Of a DNA stretch of 64,000 nucleotides, positions 40,735-53,596 are shown piece by piece. Location of the stretch: positions 60,078,001 through 60,142,000 of the forward strand of contig NC_042997.1 in NCBI RefSeq assembly GCF_006345805.1, in the 5' to 3' direction. The stretch is from Octopus sinensis (taxonomy: Eukaryota). Position 1 is the first letter of the stretch. Each line of letters opens with the position of its first letter. Under the pieces are notes generated by a model. It did not search any database. It was not told the DNA's origin and was given only the letters and a program-made list of their open reading frames with translations. The translations under genes were made by a program, and so were the position numbers.

Positions 40735-41719
40735 TATATATATATTATTTATACGTATGTATGTATGTACTTAATTTCTCTGTTCTTGTTCGTCTATCGT
40801 GTCTGTTCATTTACATTCCAGCAGCTTTCGTTTCTGACATTGCCAAACAACAATAGTTGACAGAAGGGCTAGGAATTGTGATGATATTTGACCGACCTGA
40901 AGACGGGAGAAATTATCTGCGTCCGTTGTGCGTATTTTTCTGTTCTGTATCTGTTTTTCCGTAAGCTCGTTTATCGGCCCCCTTGTGTCTAATTTTTATT
41001 ACATATAACAAAATCAACATTGATAGATAGATCTTACAGTTTCGATAACATTCTTCAGAATGTCAAGTTAGATTCTAACCGTACATTCTGAAAAGTATTT
41101 AACATAGATTTATCATTTACTGTAGCAGAAAGAAGTTCGGTTATTGTTTGCTGTTATCATATTGAAAACGTGCATGTGAATACAACAAAGCGTTTCACTG
41201 TGTATAAAGAATGTGTGAGAATTTATCTTTTTCCACCGGGTCAAGCGGAAATGAATCAACCCGTTAGAACACTATAGTGAAAAAACATTTTATAAGTGTG
41301 CAAGGGCTTACTAAACTGAGCCGACAAATGGATGCTTCAACATCGTGTTGCTTATGTACTAACTGAGTTATTTGACTGGTGGAAATTCAATGCTTGTGAC
41401 TAATGTTAATAAAAACGTATCGGTTAAGCCTAATTGAATATGTTTCACTTTCATCTTTTGTACAAAAATTGCCAATAGCATGAAATCACCGATGGATTAT
41501 AATTAATGTTAAGGCTTGTCACCAAGCTGTACTTGATCAAAAATATATAACCGAAGACGTGTTGAGTTGAGCATTACAAGTGTTCTTAAAATGGCAGTAT
41601 CATCCTGTAAATATCAATGTTATCAAATAAAATATCTTTTTACTTTACACATATTGCGTATTGAGTGCTTAATATATGACAGTGGCTACTTTGTTTCAAC
41701 CTAACAGATTGTATGTATG

Positions 41720-41753
<34 letters not shown>

Positions 41754-42370
41754 TCTATGTATGTATGTATGTATGTATGTATGTATGTATGTATGTATGT
41801 ATGTATACGTGCGTATATATGTATACACACATAGACACATATATACATGAAGGCTCTTTACGCGTTCGTATATGTCCGTATGTATTTATATGTGTGTGTG
41901 CGAGCGTGTGTGTAAGCATGTGTGTATGCGTGTGCGAGTGCGCACACGCGTGTTTACAGGGCAAGAGACGAAACGCTTGTGACCCTGAGATAGCTACTTA
42001 GATTTAGAAGAGCTTGCAACACCTCAGAGTAGCTCCTGCAGTTTCTGCCTGAAGTAAAGCATCTGTAATGTTTATTCCAGCTGTATACATAAATACATCC
42101 ATCCATCCATCCATCCATCCATCCATCCATCCATCCATACATACATACATACATACACACAAACACACACACACACACACACACACATACACACACACAC
42201 ACACACACGCATATATTTACACATATCTATACATATACATATGTGTGTGTAAGAAGCTTGTGTCTCAGCCACATGTTTCTTCTGCTATAACCTCGTGCTG
42301 ACCAAAGCTTTGTGAATGGATTTGATAGACGGAAACTGAAAACCCGTCGTATATATATATATATATATAT

Positions 42371-44610
42371 AGGTGAGAAAGTTGGTGTGTGAAAGCACGT
42401 GGTTGAATATATAGAAAATAGTAAAAAGTGAAAAACTACAGAAGGCTTGTTTTAAAGGGTTAAAAAATATATTTGAGTCATTATGTCAGAAGAATGTTAT
42501 AAAATTTTTTCATACAGTGACATAGTTTTTGAAGAAATTACCGATTTCGTGTTAACTTTTCAAATTTCTCAAAATATGGTGTCATGACTTCGTTATGAAG
42601 TGTAAAGGAGAGTTACAGGTAAGGGGAGGTAATAAGTGATTTCTTCCGGTGTAAGGGAGATAATCGCTTTATATTTCTTGCCTCTTTTACTTACAGGGGT
42701 GAGTTTCTCTGTATAAGAATGTTAGAGTGGTTAAGTTTGGGCTTATAATTTTCAATGAAGAATATTTCCTTGTTTAGTCTAATTTGTGTTGGTGTTCCAA
42801 TAGCACATTGATAAAATGGAAAGATTAAAAATTGTGGTAGTAGTTGCTTTGCGCATTTCTCAATATGCTCACTAAAGGGTATCATTCTGTATTCTGGGAA
42901 TGCAATCTGTTGTCGATGCAGTGTGCATCTACGTCTGAGTGATAGTCCCGTGGACCCCACGTAGTTTTGGTGGCAGCCCGAGCATCTTGTGACATAAATT
43001 ATGTTTTCAGAAGCACAAGTAAAATTGGATTTGATCTTGAATTTTTGTCCCTCTTTGAAGAGGAATTCTGATCCTTCTAGAAGGTTTGGGCATGTTGCAC
43101 AGTTTGGTCTACCACATTGTTTTACTTTTGCATCCGTAATTTCAGAAAGCAATTTTGCCTTTGTGAGAATCTTTTTAAGTGATTTAGGTTGTTTGTAGCT
43201 TTTAATGATTTTATGTATGTTAGAATTCCTTTAATTTGGGGTCCTTATGAAGTATTAGTAAATTCTGGGTGATGATGGTGAAGGCTTCTTTGTTTCTGGG
43301 GTTGTATGTGGATATGTAAGGCAGTATTTTCGGGGAAGGTGTGTTGTTTGTTGAACTTTTCTCAAAGTTTCTATGTCGATTTCTGTTGCACGTCTGATCC
43401 CACCCTCTATGAGTTGAGCTGGGTAGTGTCTGTCAATTAGGGTGTTTTTGAGTTCTTGTAGTCTAAAGTTCCTGGTATTTTGTTCTGACACTATTGTGCA
43501 TATCCTTCTTGCAAGGTTGAAAGGGATGTTTGTTTTAGTGTGTATTGGGTGACATGAATCAAAAAGTAGGTATTGTTTGGCGTCTGTGGCTTTGTAAAAA
43601 ATGTCTGTTTCTATTTTAAGGTTAATTTTTTTAATTAGTGTATCTAAGAATGGAAGCTCCTTTTGGTTGTATTCCATTGTGAACTGTATATTTGGGTTGA
43701 TGCTGTTCAATAGGTTTTTGAATTTTAGGAGTTTATCTGTGTTTTCATTCCAGAGTATAAAACAATCGTCAAGGAATCGTTTCCAATTCTCTTTTATGTA
43801 TTGATAGAGGGGCTTTCCAAAGGTTGATAAAGATTCCTGGTAAACAATTATTTCCAGGTAGCCCATTGTTAGGTTCGCAATGACTGGTGCTGTCCTTGTA
43901 CCCATAGCAATTCCGGATTTTTGACGGTAAAATGTATTGTCAAACATGAAGTGGTTATTATGTAGGATGAATTCAACCGATTTAGTAATGAATTCTTTAC
44001 TGATCCTTTTTGGTATTTCTGCCGGAAATTGGTCCAGCCAGAACTGTATTGCCTCTAGTCCATAATTATGAGGTATACTGATATATAAACTAACTACATC
44101 AAATGAAACCATGATTGTTTCTTCCTTGACTTTTTTTGGAAGGTGGTTTAACATATCCAAGTCATCTCTGATATGGCTATCGATATGTTTAAGGAAGGGT
44201 TTCAGGAGGATGTCCATAAATAGACTTAATCTGTGTGTTTCACAGGTTGGGCCAGCTATAATAGTCGTAGTTTTAGGTCCCCCAAGTTAGGTTGTGTATG
44301 TATGTCTTTGGTGATTTTTTAATGGTTTCATTTATAATTTGGCTTTTATTATTTTTGGCAGACCATAGAAGAGGCTAGGCTTGCATTTAAGTTTGTTAGA
44401 AAGTCAAACTCTTTGGTTGTTAGTTTTCTTTCATGGGTTTTAATTAGTGAAGATAGAGTTTTCATTATTTTTGTGCGGGGTGTAGTTGGTGATTTTTTCA
44501 TAATGTTGATTGTCATCAAGCAAGGAAATTACAAGATTTCTATAGTATGATGTATCCATTATTACAACTGCACTTCCTTTGTCTGCTTCCTTAATGGTTA
44601 TATCTTCATC

Positions 44611-44612
<2 letters not shown>
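42371..44612 (-). mobile_element. Penelope-like element (Neptune-like), 5'-truncated, flanked by (TA)n
   Basis: IKEADKGSAVVIMD; RT ORF 43255..44217 (FDVVSLY, GIAMGT, RFLDD); linker CGRPNCATC and GIY-YIG (IIYVTRC..YVG) in ORF 42691..43152. Confidence 0.95.
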
Positions 44613-44644
<32 letters not shown>

Positions 44645-44652
<8 letters not shown>

Positions 44653-44939
44653 AAAGGGCTTAGTAAAATAAATTACTTTGCCGCATACTGAACTCATTAG
44701 AAATAGCAGCTAAAAAACTTTTTTAAAGCTATTTCTAATACTTAAAAAATCTCTCTCATATATAGTGCTTGCTTAATTCAACTCACAAAAGTTTTGTGAG
44801 TTGAATTAAGCAAGCACTATATATGAGAGAGATTTTCTTTAAGTATTAGAAATAGCTTTAAAAAAGTTTTTTAGCTGCTATTTCTAATGAGTTCAGTATG
44901 CGGCAAAGTAATTTATTTTACTAAGCCCTTTTATATAAT
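44645..44939. repeat. Near-perfect 295-bp palindrome (centre 44791)
   Basis: ...CTCACAAAA G TTTTGTGAG... with arms complementary out to ATTATATAAAAGGGCT / AGCCCTTTTATATAAT. Confidence 0.95.
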
Positions 44940-45171
44940 GTAATAATTTGAATTCGCCTTGAATGGTCCCTTTGCATACTGAACACTTGGTGAAATTGAT
45001 TAATAATTAATTAATTTTGCCCTCAATTGTTGAAATTATATATATATATATATATATACATACACACATTCACACACATATATATATATACACACATATA
45101 TATGTGTGTATATACACACACACATACACACACACACACACACATATATTATATATATATATATATATTGT

Positions 45172-45365
45172 TCTTTTATTCTTTTATTTGTTTCAGTCAG
45201 ATGACCGCGGCCATGCTGGTGCACCGCTTTAGTCGAGCAATTCGACCTCAGGACTTATTCTTTATAAGGCTAAGACTCATTCTCTCGGCCTCTTTTGTCT
45301 AACCGCTAAGTTATGGGGACGTAGACGCACCAAGATTGGTTGTCAAGCGATGGTGGGGGACAAAC
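45172..45365 (+). mobile_element. SINE 3' part (third family); related copies at 48330-48545 (+), 49370-49555 (-) and 60280-60470 (-)
   Basis: Shared TTGTTTCAGTCA..GCGGCCATGCTGG..TTTAGTCGAGCAA..CTAAGTTA.GGGGACGTA core. Confidence 0.7.
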
Positions 45366-45394
45366 ACACATACACAATCATATGTATATATATA

Positions 45395-45553
45395 CGACGG
45401 GCTTCCTTCATTTTCTGCCTACTAAATAAACTCACAAGGCTTTGGTTGGTCCGAAGCAATAGAAGATACCTGCTCAAGGTGCCACGCTGTAGGACTGAAC
45501 CTGGAACCATGTGGTTGGGAAGCAAGCTTCTTAACACGCAGCGACGCCTGCGT
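45395..45553 (-). mobile_element. tRNA-SINE head/body; related copy at ~42245-42350 (+)
   Basis: Minus strand has B-box-like GGTTCCAGGTTCAGTCC, then GTGGCACCTTGAGCAGG. Confidence 0.65.
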
Positions 45554-45602
45554 CTGTATATACATATACATACATACATACATACGCACACACATACACA
45601 CG

Positions 45603-45634
<32 letters not shown>

Positions 45635-46053
45635 CATACATATATGCATGCATACATACATACATACATACATACATACATACATACATACATACACACA
45701 TACATACATACATATTATATATATATATATGTATATTCACCAAGAATTCACAACGACCTCGAACCCACAAGTGTAAACAAGAGAGACAGAGAAAGGCAGA
45801 AACAAGGAAAATGCCACTTATATTTGAACACTATACAAATATTCTTTTCAAAAGACTTTTCTTTTAATTTTTCTAAATTTGATTTTTTAATTGTTACAGT
45901 TGAAAAGGTCTCAAATGATTGGAACCGGTACTGAAATGTTCTTTATAAAATTATTTTAGCATTTTCTATCTTGACTTGTTTTTTCATATATATCAACTCG
46001 TGTGTTCCTTTTCATCTTTATATATATATATATTATATATATATATATTATAT

Positions 46054-46119
<66 letters not shown>

Positions 46120-46123
<4 letters not shown>

Positions 46124-47220
46124 GAATGGAACAAAAACGCAATAGAGGACAATAAAACATTCGGACATGTAGATAGTACAAACGCAAGAGAAACAACAGT
46201 TAGAAGAACAGGTAAAAAAAGACGGTTCAATCGTGGTCTTCTTTCCTCAGTCAAGTACCAGAAGTCACGACCGTTTCGGGCGGCAGTTACACTTGAAACG
46301 GTTCGATCTGGTTTCCCCAACCTTCCAAAAATTTTAAACATTAGACCCCTTTGTAAGAAAGTTAGCGAATGTGTACGGCAACAAAGACTAAAAAACGGAG
46401 AACATGGTGCAAAAAAAGACAAAAAGCGGAGAAGATGCTACACAATTACGAATGAAAACAAGATAATAACAACAAGTGTCTTTCGACTGAAAACGAATCT
46501 AATTGAGCTGGCGTGTATGAAGTGAAAGCCTAAAGGCAGGAACATAGGAGATGGACATAAGCGGTGTTGGCGGTCGGTAGTCAGGCCAAGAAAGAAAGAT
46601 CATGGCATGCCGGACACCGGTCACGTGGAAGGAGAGATGGGTTGGGGGCAGCGGGTTTGAAGGATTATAAAAAAAAACAGAGGCAAAGAGAAAGGTACAG
46701 AGGAGAAAGTCACAATACATGTATTAAAGCGCGGTCAATAGTTTCATATGTTGAGAAAAACTCAATCACATTCTTCAGGCACAAGGCACATCATAACGAT
46801 TTAAAAAAAAATTGAATAGACGAAACGGGAAACATTGAGAAGGCAGCATATAGAAAACTCAGAAAGTAAACAACAGAAAACGGAAAACGAAAACAAAAAC
46901 ACTAAAATGTAAAAAAATAAAAGGTAAAAAGGTGAAGGAGCTATCTTCCTCAGACCTTAAATGATAACGTTGGAAAGTTATCAAGTCAATCAGGAATAGG
47001 CCAATTCTTTAAAATATATTTATTCATATACGTGCAACTACTGAAAATTTCTGATGTGGAGTTCAATAGAGAGTTAGGTATCTTAGATCTGAACAAGATC
47101 TGTGCTCTTTCAGCCAAACAAAGCCTACATTTATTCGATCCATTCACATAAGGTATGGATTTCTCAATTACTTTCCATTTAATTGCATGCGGTGTTTCGT
47201 TATCTTTCAAAATCTAAACG
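46120..47220 (-). mobile_element. PLE 3' fragment (GIY-YIG C-terminus plus 3' UTR)
   Basis: ORF 46986..47210 IKWKVIEKSIPY..KCRLCLAE..LLNSTSEIFSSC parallels the C-terminus encoded in the 34.7-40.6 kb arms. Confidence 0.75.
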
Positions 47221-47441
47221 TAGCTAGCCAACTTAGTAGCTACTTTTGTCCGTATATCGGAAGGAGGATATGTGATTGGCATAATGATTTTAAAATTCAC
47301 CTTCACAATAATCCACTATAGGTCTTCTTATCAGTTGTATTATTATTTAGGCTTGCAGTAACTTCTGCCTCATATATGATAGATTTAAATAACTGGAGTA
47401 ACTTTTCCCTTTTTGTTGAATTTTCTTTCACGGAGCAGTAC

Positions 47442-47488
<47 letters not shown>

Positions 47489-48549
47489 ACTTATAAAATA
47501 AGGGCAAAAGAAAAATTCTAATGCCAAATATGCCGAAAATGGACAAAATTGTCAATAACCATTTATAAATTTAATATGCTGGCCATTGATAAAATATTTT
47601 TCGAAAAAAATTTTATCCTACATTATATATATATATAATTGTATCAGTGTATCGACAATACTGTCAGATATTATACACTGCTAGTTACAATGTTTCTTCG
47701 CATTGTTATAGCTCTTTCGAATAATTTCACCTCAAACCCCGCTAGTGGGCGATAGGCCAACCTCTCCCTGAACCGAGCGTCAGACTGTCACATGTTTACA
47801 TTCTCATAAATAAGGCAATAATAAATGTTATTTTTAAAATATTTATTACCCAAACTGCTTTGTTAGATGCTTCAATGAAACAGTATTCTTTTTGAGTTGT
47901 ATATCATCGTGATAGGTACAATGTCAGGTACCTGCTATAACAGGCATCCTGTTTTTTATTGTTCCTCTTTTATTTACTTGCGAAATTTTTCTGTTGTTCC
48001 TGTTATGTTTCATTCCTTATCAACATAACTATTTCTCCAGTCTGCAGTTTTATTTACAATATTTATTTTCTATAACCATTTCGTGAATGTCAATACACGA
48101 GGAGCATTCCATTTAAAAGCTTAAAATTTTATGCGATAAGAACAATTTATATTTAATCCTCTACAAGCCTAAACCACTTTTTTTCTCATTGGTTAACATA
48201 TTAAATGATATTACATTCGAATTTATGTTGATTGATCGCCATAACATTGGAACTAAATCAGTTAACATGATTACACCAGTTTATCCTTTGATCCTTTTTA
48301 CATATCTCTTATGGCACTAGATAACATCTTTTATCTTTTACTTGTTTCAGTCACTGGACTGCAGCCAAAAGGGACACCACCTTGAAGGGCTTTAGTCAAA
48401 CAGGTAGTCGAACAAATTGATCTCAATTCATTTGTCTTTTTTAAAGTTTGGTAATTTTCTTTCCACTCTTTTTCTACACCACTAAGTTATGGCGACGTAA
48501 ACAAATCGATATCGTTTGTCAAAGGGGTTGGGGAACAAACACGAACGTG

Positions 48550-48747
48550 AAGGTGCTTTTTTTCTATGAAAATCCCTATTTTTTACGACATTTTGACTGC
48601 TGTGTCGCCATTTTTCGGTGTATTTCAACCAGAAAACTGTTCACTTAAAGAGAATAACAAGCTATATAATGCAAAATTTTTACTTTTCAAAAATTCCAAT
48701 TCTAAAGAGTCGAAAGAAACCCGAGCAACGCCGGGCGATACTGCTAG
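48550..48747 (+). mobile_element. Helitron 3' fragment
   Basis: CCCGAGCAACGCCGGGCGATACTGCTAG|T, as at 17046-17074. Confidence 0.65.
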
Positions 48748-48758
48748 TATATATATAA

Positions 48759-49080
48759 AAGCAAATATGCTAATTCTAAAATATCTCTAAGAGATCAATG
48801 CAGTAGATGTACTGTCAAGTAATATTCGTAGCCACTTTAACTTGGCTGTCCGTTCGAGCGGACTCTACTGTGATTTTTTAACACCAAGAGAACATCTCCT
48901 CTAGCTGGTTAATGATGTACAGATACATACGATAAAATTGCGAGCAGAGGAGCGAACCCCTACCATCTTCTAGCGACGGGACCAGTAGACCAGTCCTGGT
49001 TTCAGACTATTTCTGTCTCTCCTCAGTAATTTACATCTCGTCAGCTAGAGATGATAGCAGCTCGCTTCTGCACACAATAT

Positions 49081-49148
<68 letters not shown>

Positions 49149-49224
49149 ACGAACACAGAGTCGCTGATTTTGCAACAAGCAAAAATGCTAGTTCTAAAAT
49201 CTCTCTTAGAGATCAACGCAGTAG
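48759..49224 (-). mobile_element. Direct-repeat-bounded non-coding element with hammerhead-like motif
   Basis: 48-bp imperfect direct repeats at 48759-48806 and 49177-49224; minus-strand CTGAGGA gAGAC agaaata GTCT GAAA CCAG ga CTGG TC at 48986-49028. Confidence 0.55.
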
Positions 49225-49920
49225 TATATACCCGAATAAGCACATAAATACCAGGTAGGAAAAAATAGTAAATATGTTTTATTATTAAAGCTTCAAAAAT
49301 ATCACAAAAAACTGCTACTCGCGTGTGAATGCGACCGTGTGCATGTGTGTGTGTGTGTTGTGTGTGTCTTTGTGTCAGTATTTATCATTCCATAACTGCT
49401 TGACAACAGGTGTTGGTTGGTGAGTTTACTTCCTCGTAAACTAGAAGTTCGGCAAAGAGAGACCGATAGAATAAGTACCAGGCTTAAAATATAGTCCTGG
49501 GGTCGATTTGTTCGACGAAAAGCCCTTCATGGCGGTGCTCCAGCATGGCCCCAGTCAAATGTATATGCATAGATACATACACACGCGTGCGAAATCTCTG
49601 TTTTCCTCTCTCTCTCTCTCTCTCTCTCACACATACACATACACGCATACACACATATAAATATATTAGTAAATGTGTTGAAAAAAGGAAAAAAATAACT
49701 ATTATGAACTTTATTAGCTTACAGGTGTTTTTACTAGATCTGCTGGACTGTGAGTTGAGTGCCTGAATAATAGCTGATAGCTTCTTTTGTTATTTCATAT
49801 TCTTATTATCGGTCTATACTCGTCTAACACTTCATTCTGAAACATATGTATATTGAATTCTACAGCAGGTTATTAATATCGCTATAACTAAGCGATATAT
49901 ATATATATATATATATATAT

Positions 49921-50392
49921 AGGACACAGATAGTGTGTCTATGGCCAGCTGGAGGAGTGTGTCCTCCTGGGGCTAAAAACTACAGTAGCATCCACCCTTA
50001 GGGGTTAGCCATATTGAAATGGCAAAAATACGTCACGATGTGTTACCGCTACTGTATATAACTTACTTTGATATTTATCATTGTTTGATTTCACTTTTTC
50101 AATATCAGCGACAGTGGACGCTGGAAAAAGTATAAGTATTTGTGAAGGAAATCTAATTCTCGGCGACAACTATGATTGTCACACGCTGACGAGAGGTCAA
50201 TACCTCGAAACTCGAGTCCGTGTGTATCATAAGTTGAAGACGGGAAGGATGACTTCCCTTTGCAAATACTGACAGGACACAGATAGTGTGTCTATGGCCA
50301 GCTGGAGGAGTGTGTCCTCCTGGGGCTAAAAACTACAGTAGCATCCACCCTTAGGGGTTAGCCATATTGAAATGGCAAAAATACGTCACGAT
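49921..50392 (+). mobile_element. Retrozyme-like element: 353-bp unit plus identical 119-bp partial repeat, in (TA)n
   Basis: 49921-50039 is identical to 50274-50392; internal canonical hammerhead; many short hairpins; no coding motifs. Confidence 0.85.
50180..50224 (+). ncRNA. Canonical type I hammerhead ribozyme
   Basis: CACACG CTGACGA GAGG tcaata CCTC GAAA CTCGAG TC CGTGTG; predicted cleavage after C50218. Confidence 0.9.
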
Positions 50393-50411
50393 ATATATAT
50401 ATATATATATA

Positions 50412-50570
50412 TATACCAGAGTAAGCACATAGATGCGAAACAAGGTGGAAAAAATAGTACTCGAATACCAGAAGTAGAGTTTAGAATTCCAAACAAAACT
50501 GTCCGACGAACAGGAAAGCGAAACTCTGAGTAATAGATTTTGTGATTTTTTGCTGCTTTTTGATAAAGTA
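50412..50570. mobile_element. Rearranged remnant of the 60480-60880 family with an eroded hammerhead
   Basis: ACTGT CCGACGA ACAGGAAAGC GAAA CTCTGAG TA ATAG at 50498-50536. Confidence 0.5.
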
Positions 50571-50595
50571 CATATATATATATATTTACATACAC

Positions 50596-50685
<90 letters not shown>

Positions 50686-50713
50686 CATATATAAAGTACA
50701 TATATATATATTT

Positions 50714-50827
<114 letters not shown>

Positions 50828-52292
50828 TATTATTTCGTTGAAAGATAAAGACTTATTCGTGAATTCAACTTAGAGGTAATAGCAGGTTCCGAACTGCCTT
50901 TTTCTAGTTGGGTGTTGTGTATAGCTCAGCTACTTATTATTCACAGTTATTTCTTTTTTTCATTTAATGTGTTGTTTTATATATTACAAATATTTTTACA
51001 TCTAAAGTAGGATATGACTCCGTAAATCGAGATATTTCCTAAGATAAATACAAATTTGCAATTTATTCTGATGAAGGAAATAGATCTACCATTCATCAAT
51101 TCACAAAACTGAAAACTCTTTCTATGAAACCGCTCGAGAAAGGTACATTTAAAGTGCTATATCAATATAATATAAACATCTGTAAAACTAATATCGGACC
51201 AGAAGAAAATAAATCAGATTCAAGATAAATATTTATTCATTTTTATGTATTTTAAATATTTAAACAGGACTTCTTTCTGAAAAATCAATGTTTACCGAAG
51301 CTTTTCTATAAGTATTTTTCTTGCATATGTGCATGTCAAATACAAAGGTATGAATATTCCAATATGTGTGGTTATTTTTATTGAAACTAGTAACATATTC
51401 TGACAAGCTTTTGCAAACATACCATATATCATCATGAAATATTCTTTAGACAAGTGTCATGTCAGACCTGTTAATACACGTTGGGAAACTGGTGACACCC
51501 AGCAGTTAAATGATAACTATCTGAAACATATCTTGTTTGTCTTTTAACTATCTACCCTATACACTCTTATGTAGGTACTTAACTGGCTTTTAATAATTAT
51601 AGTAGCGTTTATATTTATATATTTTTGAAATATTTTTTTTCGGTTTGTTGAAATGTTCTCAAAGGGTGTTATTTTTAATCATAAATCTAATATGCCCATA
51701 CATCTAACGACACATTTATAATTTATATAGTTTAATAAAAGACAGAAACATCCTTTAAATAATGAAAATACTCGGGCAGGCTATAATTATACAGACATTC
51801 ATGTGACCTGGAAAACCAAGGATTCTTGCAAGGTTTTCTTAACATAAATGAAAATATCTCTTCTAGTACATTTTATAATATAATTATTGCTGAAAATACT
51901 TCCGCATTAGTAATAAATTAACATAATTTGTCTTTTAAGTGCCAAGCATTATAGGGTATGATGGCCCAAATTCGGTTGAAGTCAACTCGCTTCATTTAGT
52001 AACCCGAATATCGTTTCTAAAACACACTGACAATTTAAGGAAACTCCCATTCATCACACCAGTAGTGATATGAATCTGTCGCAGTCCATAGTAATTTCTT
52101 TCCTTTTTTTTTGTTGCAAAGCTATTCCTAATTCTGAAATATCTTCATCCTGCTTCAAATCAATTCACCAAGTTGTTAAAGGTCTTGTTATTAAATCTCA
52201 ATATGGAAGATTAAACATCACACTAAATAATGATGATGATGATGACGACGACGACGACAACAACAACAACAACAATAATAATAATAATAATA

Positions 52293-52381
<89 letters not shown>

Positions 52382-52399
52382 TTATTATTATTATTATTA

Positions 52400-52660
52400 T
52401 AAGCTTTGGCCACGAAGTGGAGGGTCAACATCAGGAATGAGCAAGTGTCTCCACTGTGCTGCATCTTCAATAGAGATGATGAAACCATTGCCCATATCAC
52501 GAACGAATGTAGCACTTGTAGCGCTCTTGGGCATGTCTAGAATAATCAGGAAAGTATCAGATAGTTGAAAAAAACAGATAGCATGGTACCGTAAGCTGCA
52601 AGCAACAAGATAATTACGCACGCAACACTCCACGAGTTCCAACAAAATCTGAGAGGAAAA
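52400..52660 (+). mobile_element. RLE LINE fragment with internal deletion and 3' UTR
   Basis: ALATKWRVNIRNEQVSPLCCIFNRDDETIAHI, then AGAATAATCAGGAAAGTAT 3' end homologous to 54112-54260. Confidence 0.75.
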
Positions 52661-52664
52661 AAAA

Positions 52665-53510
52665 ATTACCACGTCTTGCCTCTATCTAGCTCCCCACTTT
52701 TCACAATTTCCAGTGTGGCACTTTCGCTACCTGATCGTGTCGCCACAACTTAAAGTGGTTTTGGACAAGTCTAGGTCATTCGTTCGAATTATGGGCAATA
52801 GTTTCATCTACTCTATTGCAGATGCGGCACAGCGGAGACACTTGCTCATTCCTAAGGCTGACCCTCCAATTCGTGGCTAAATCTTGGTCTTGCGCTGCCA
52901 GTATAGTGTTCTCTGTCTCTTTTTTTCAGTGTTTCTTTCTTCAGCCAATTCCACCTATGTTTTCCAGCAACTTCTGTTGTAGCTACATGGAATTGATTGT
53001 ATAATCTTTTGCTGCGTAATGCTTCTTTTTTGTCAGTTTTGTACTTCTTCCTTTGGTTTTCTTTTTTCTCTCTGCTTTCAATACACCCTCGTTCCTAACT
53101 GATTCTAGTAAGGTTTCCTTACTTTGGGCTAGGTATCTCAATTAAGCTCTCGAATTCGATACGTACACAGTCTTCTACACTTATCAGCCCTCTTCCTCCA
53201 TTTGATCTCTTCATGTATAGGCGGTCAGTGTGCGCACGTCGATGATGGGTTCCATGCATCGTTAGGAGCTTTCTTGACTTCTTATCCATCTCCTTTAACT
53301 CACCCTCTTTTCACTTCAGGGTTCCAGCGCCATACCGAACTACTGCGACTGCTCATGAGTTTATTGCCGAAATTATGTTTCTGGCATTCAGGTTTGAAAC
53401 CAATGTTTTTCTCACTCTTTCTTTGTCTTTGCTTTCATATCGTTGGTTTAATTCCATCCGCCTCAACTGTTCCCAGGTATTTATAACTGGATTCAGGTTG
53501 AATTACTTTC
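52665..53510 (-). mobile_element. RLE LINE fragment (same family as 52400), thumb to CCHC
   Basis: Minus DKKSRKLLTMHG.HH..AHTDRLY..GGRGLI and WLKKETLK..ILAAQDQ..CRIC. Confidence 0.8.
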
Positions 53511-53519
53511 ATATTATTA

Positions 53520-53572
<53 letters not shown>

Positions 53573-53596
53573 TATTATTATTATTATTATTATTAT

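Noticed and set aside
42530-42600. Hammerhead in the 3' UTR of the Neptune-like PLE
   Set aside because: GAAATCGGTA is present but the core reads ATAACGA and stem II is poorly paired; at most a dead remnant.
46255-46305. CGAAACGGTCGT motif in a PLE 3' UTR
   Set aside because: No matching CTGANGA core upstream and a GTG triplet at the would-be cleavage site.
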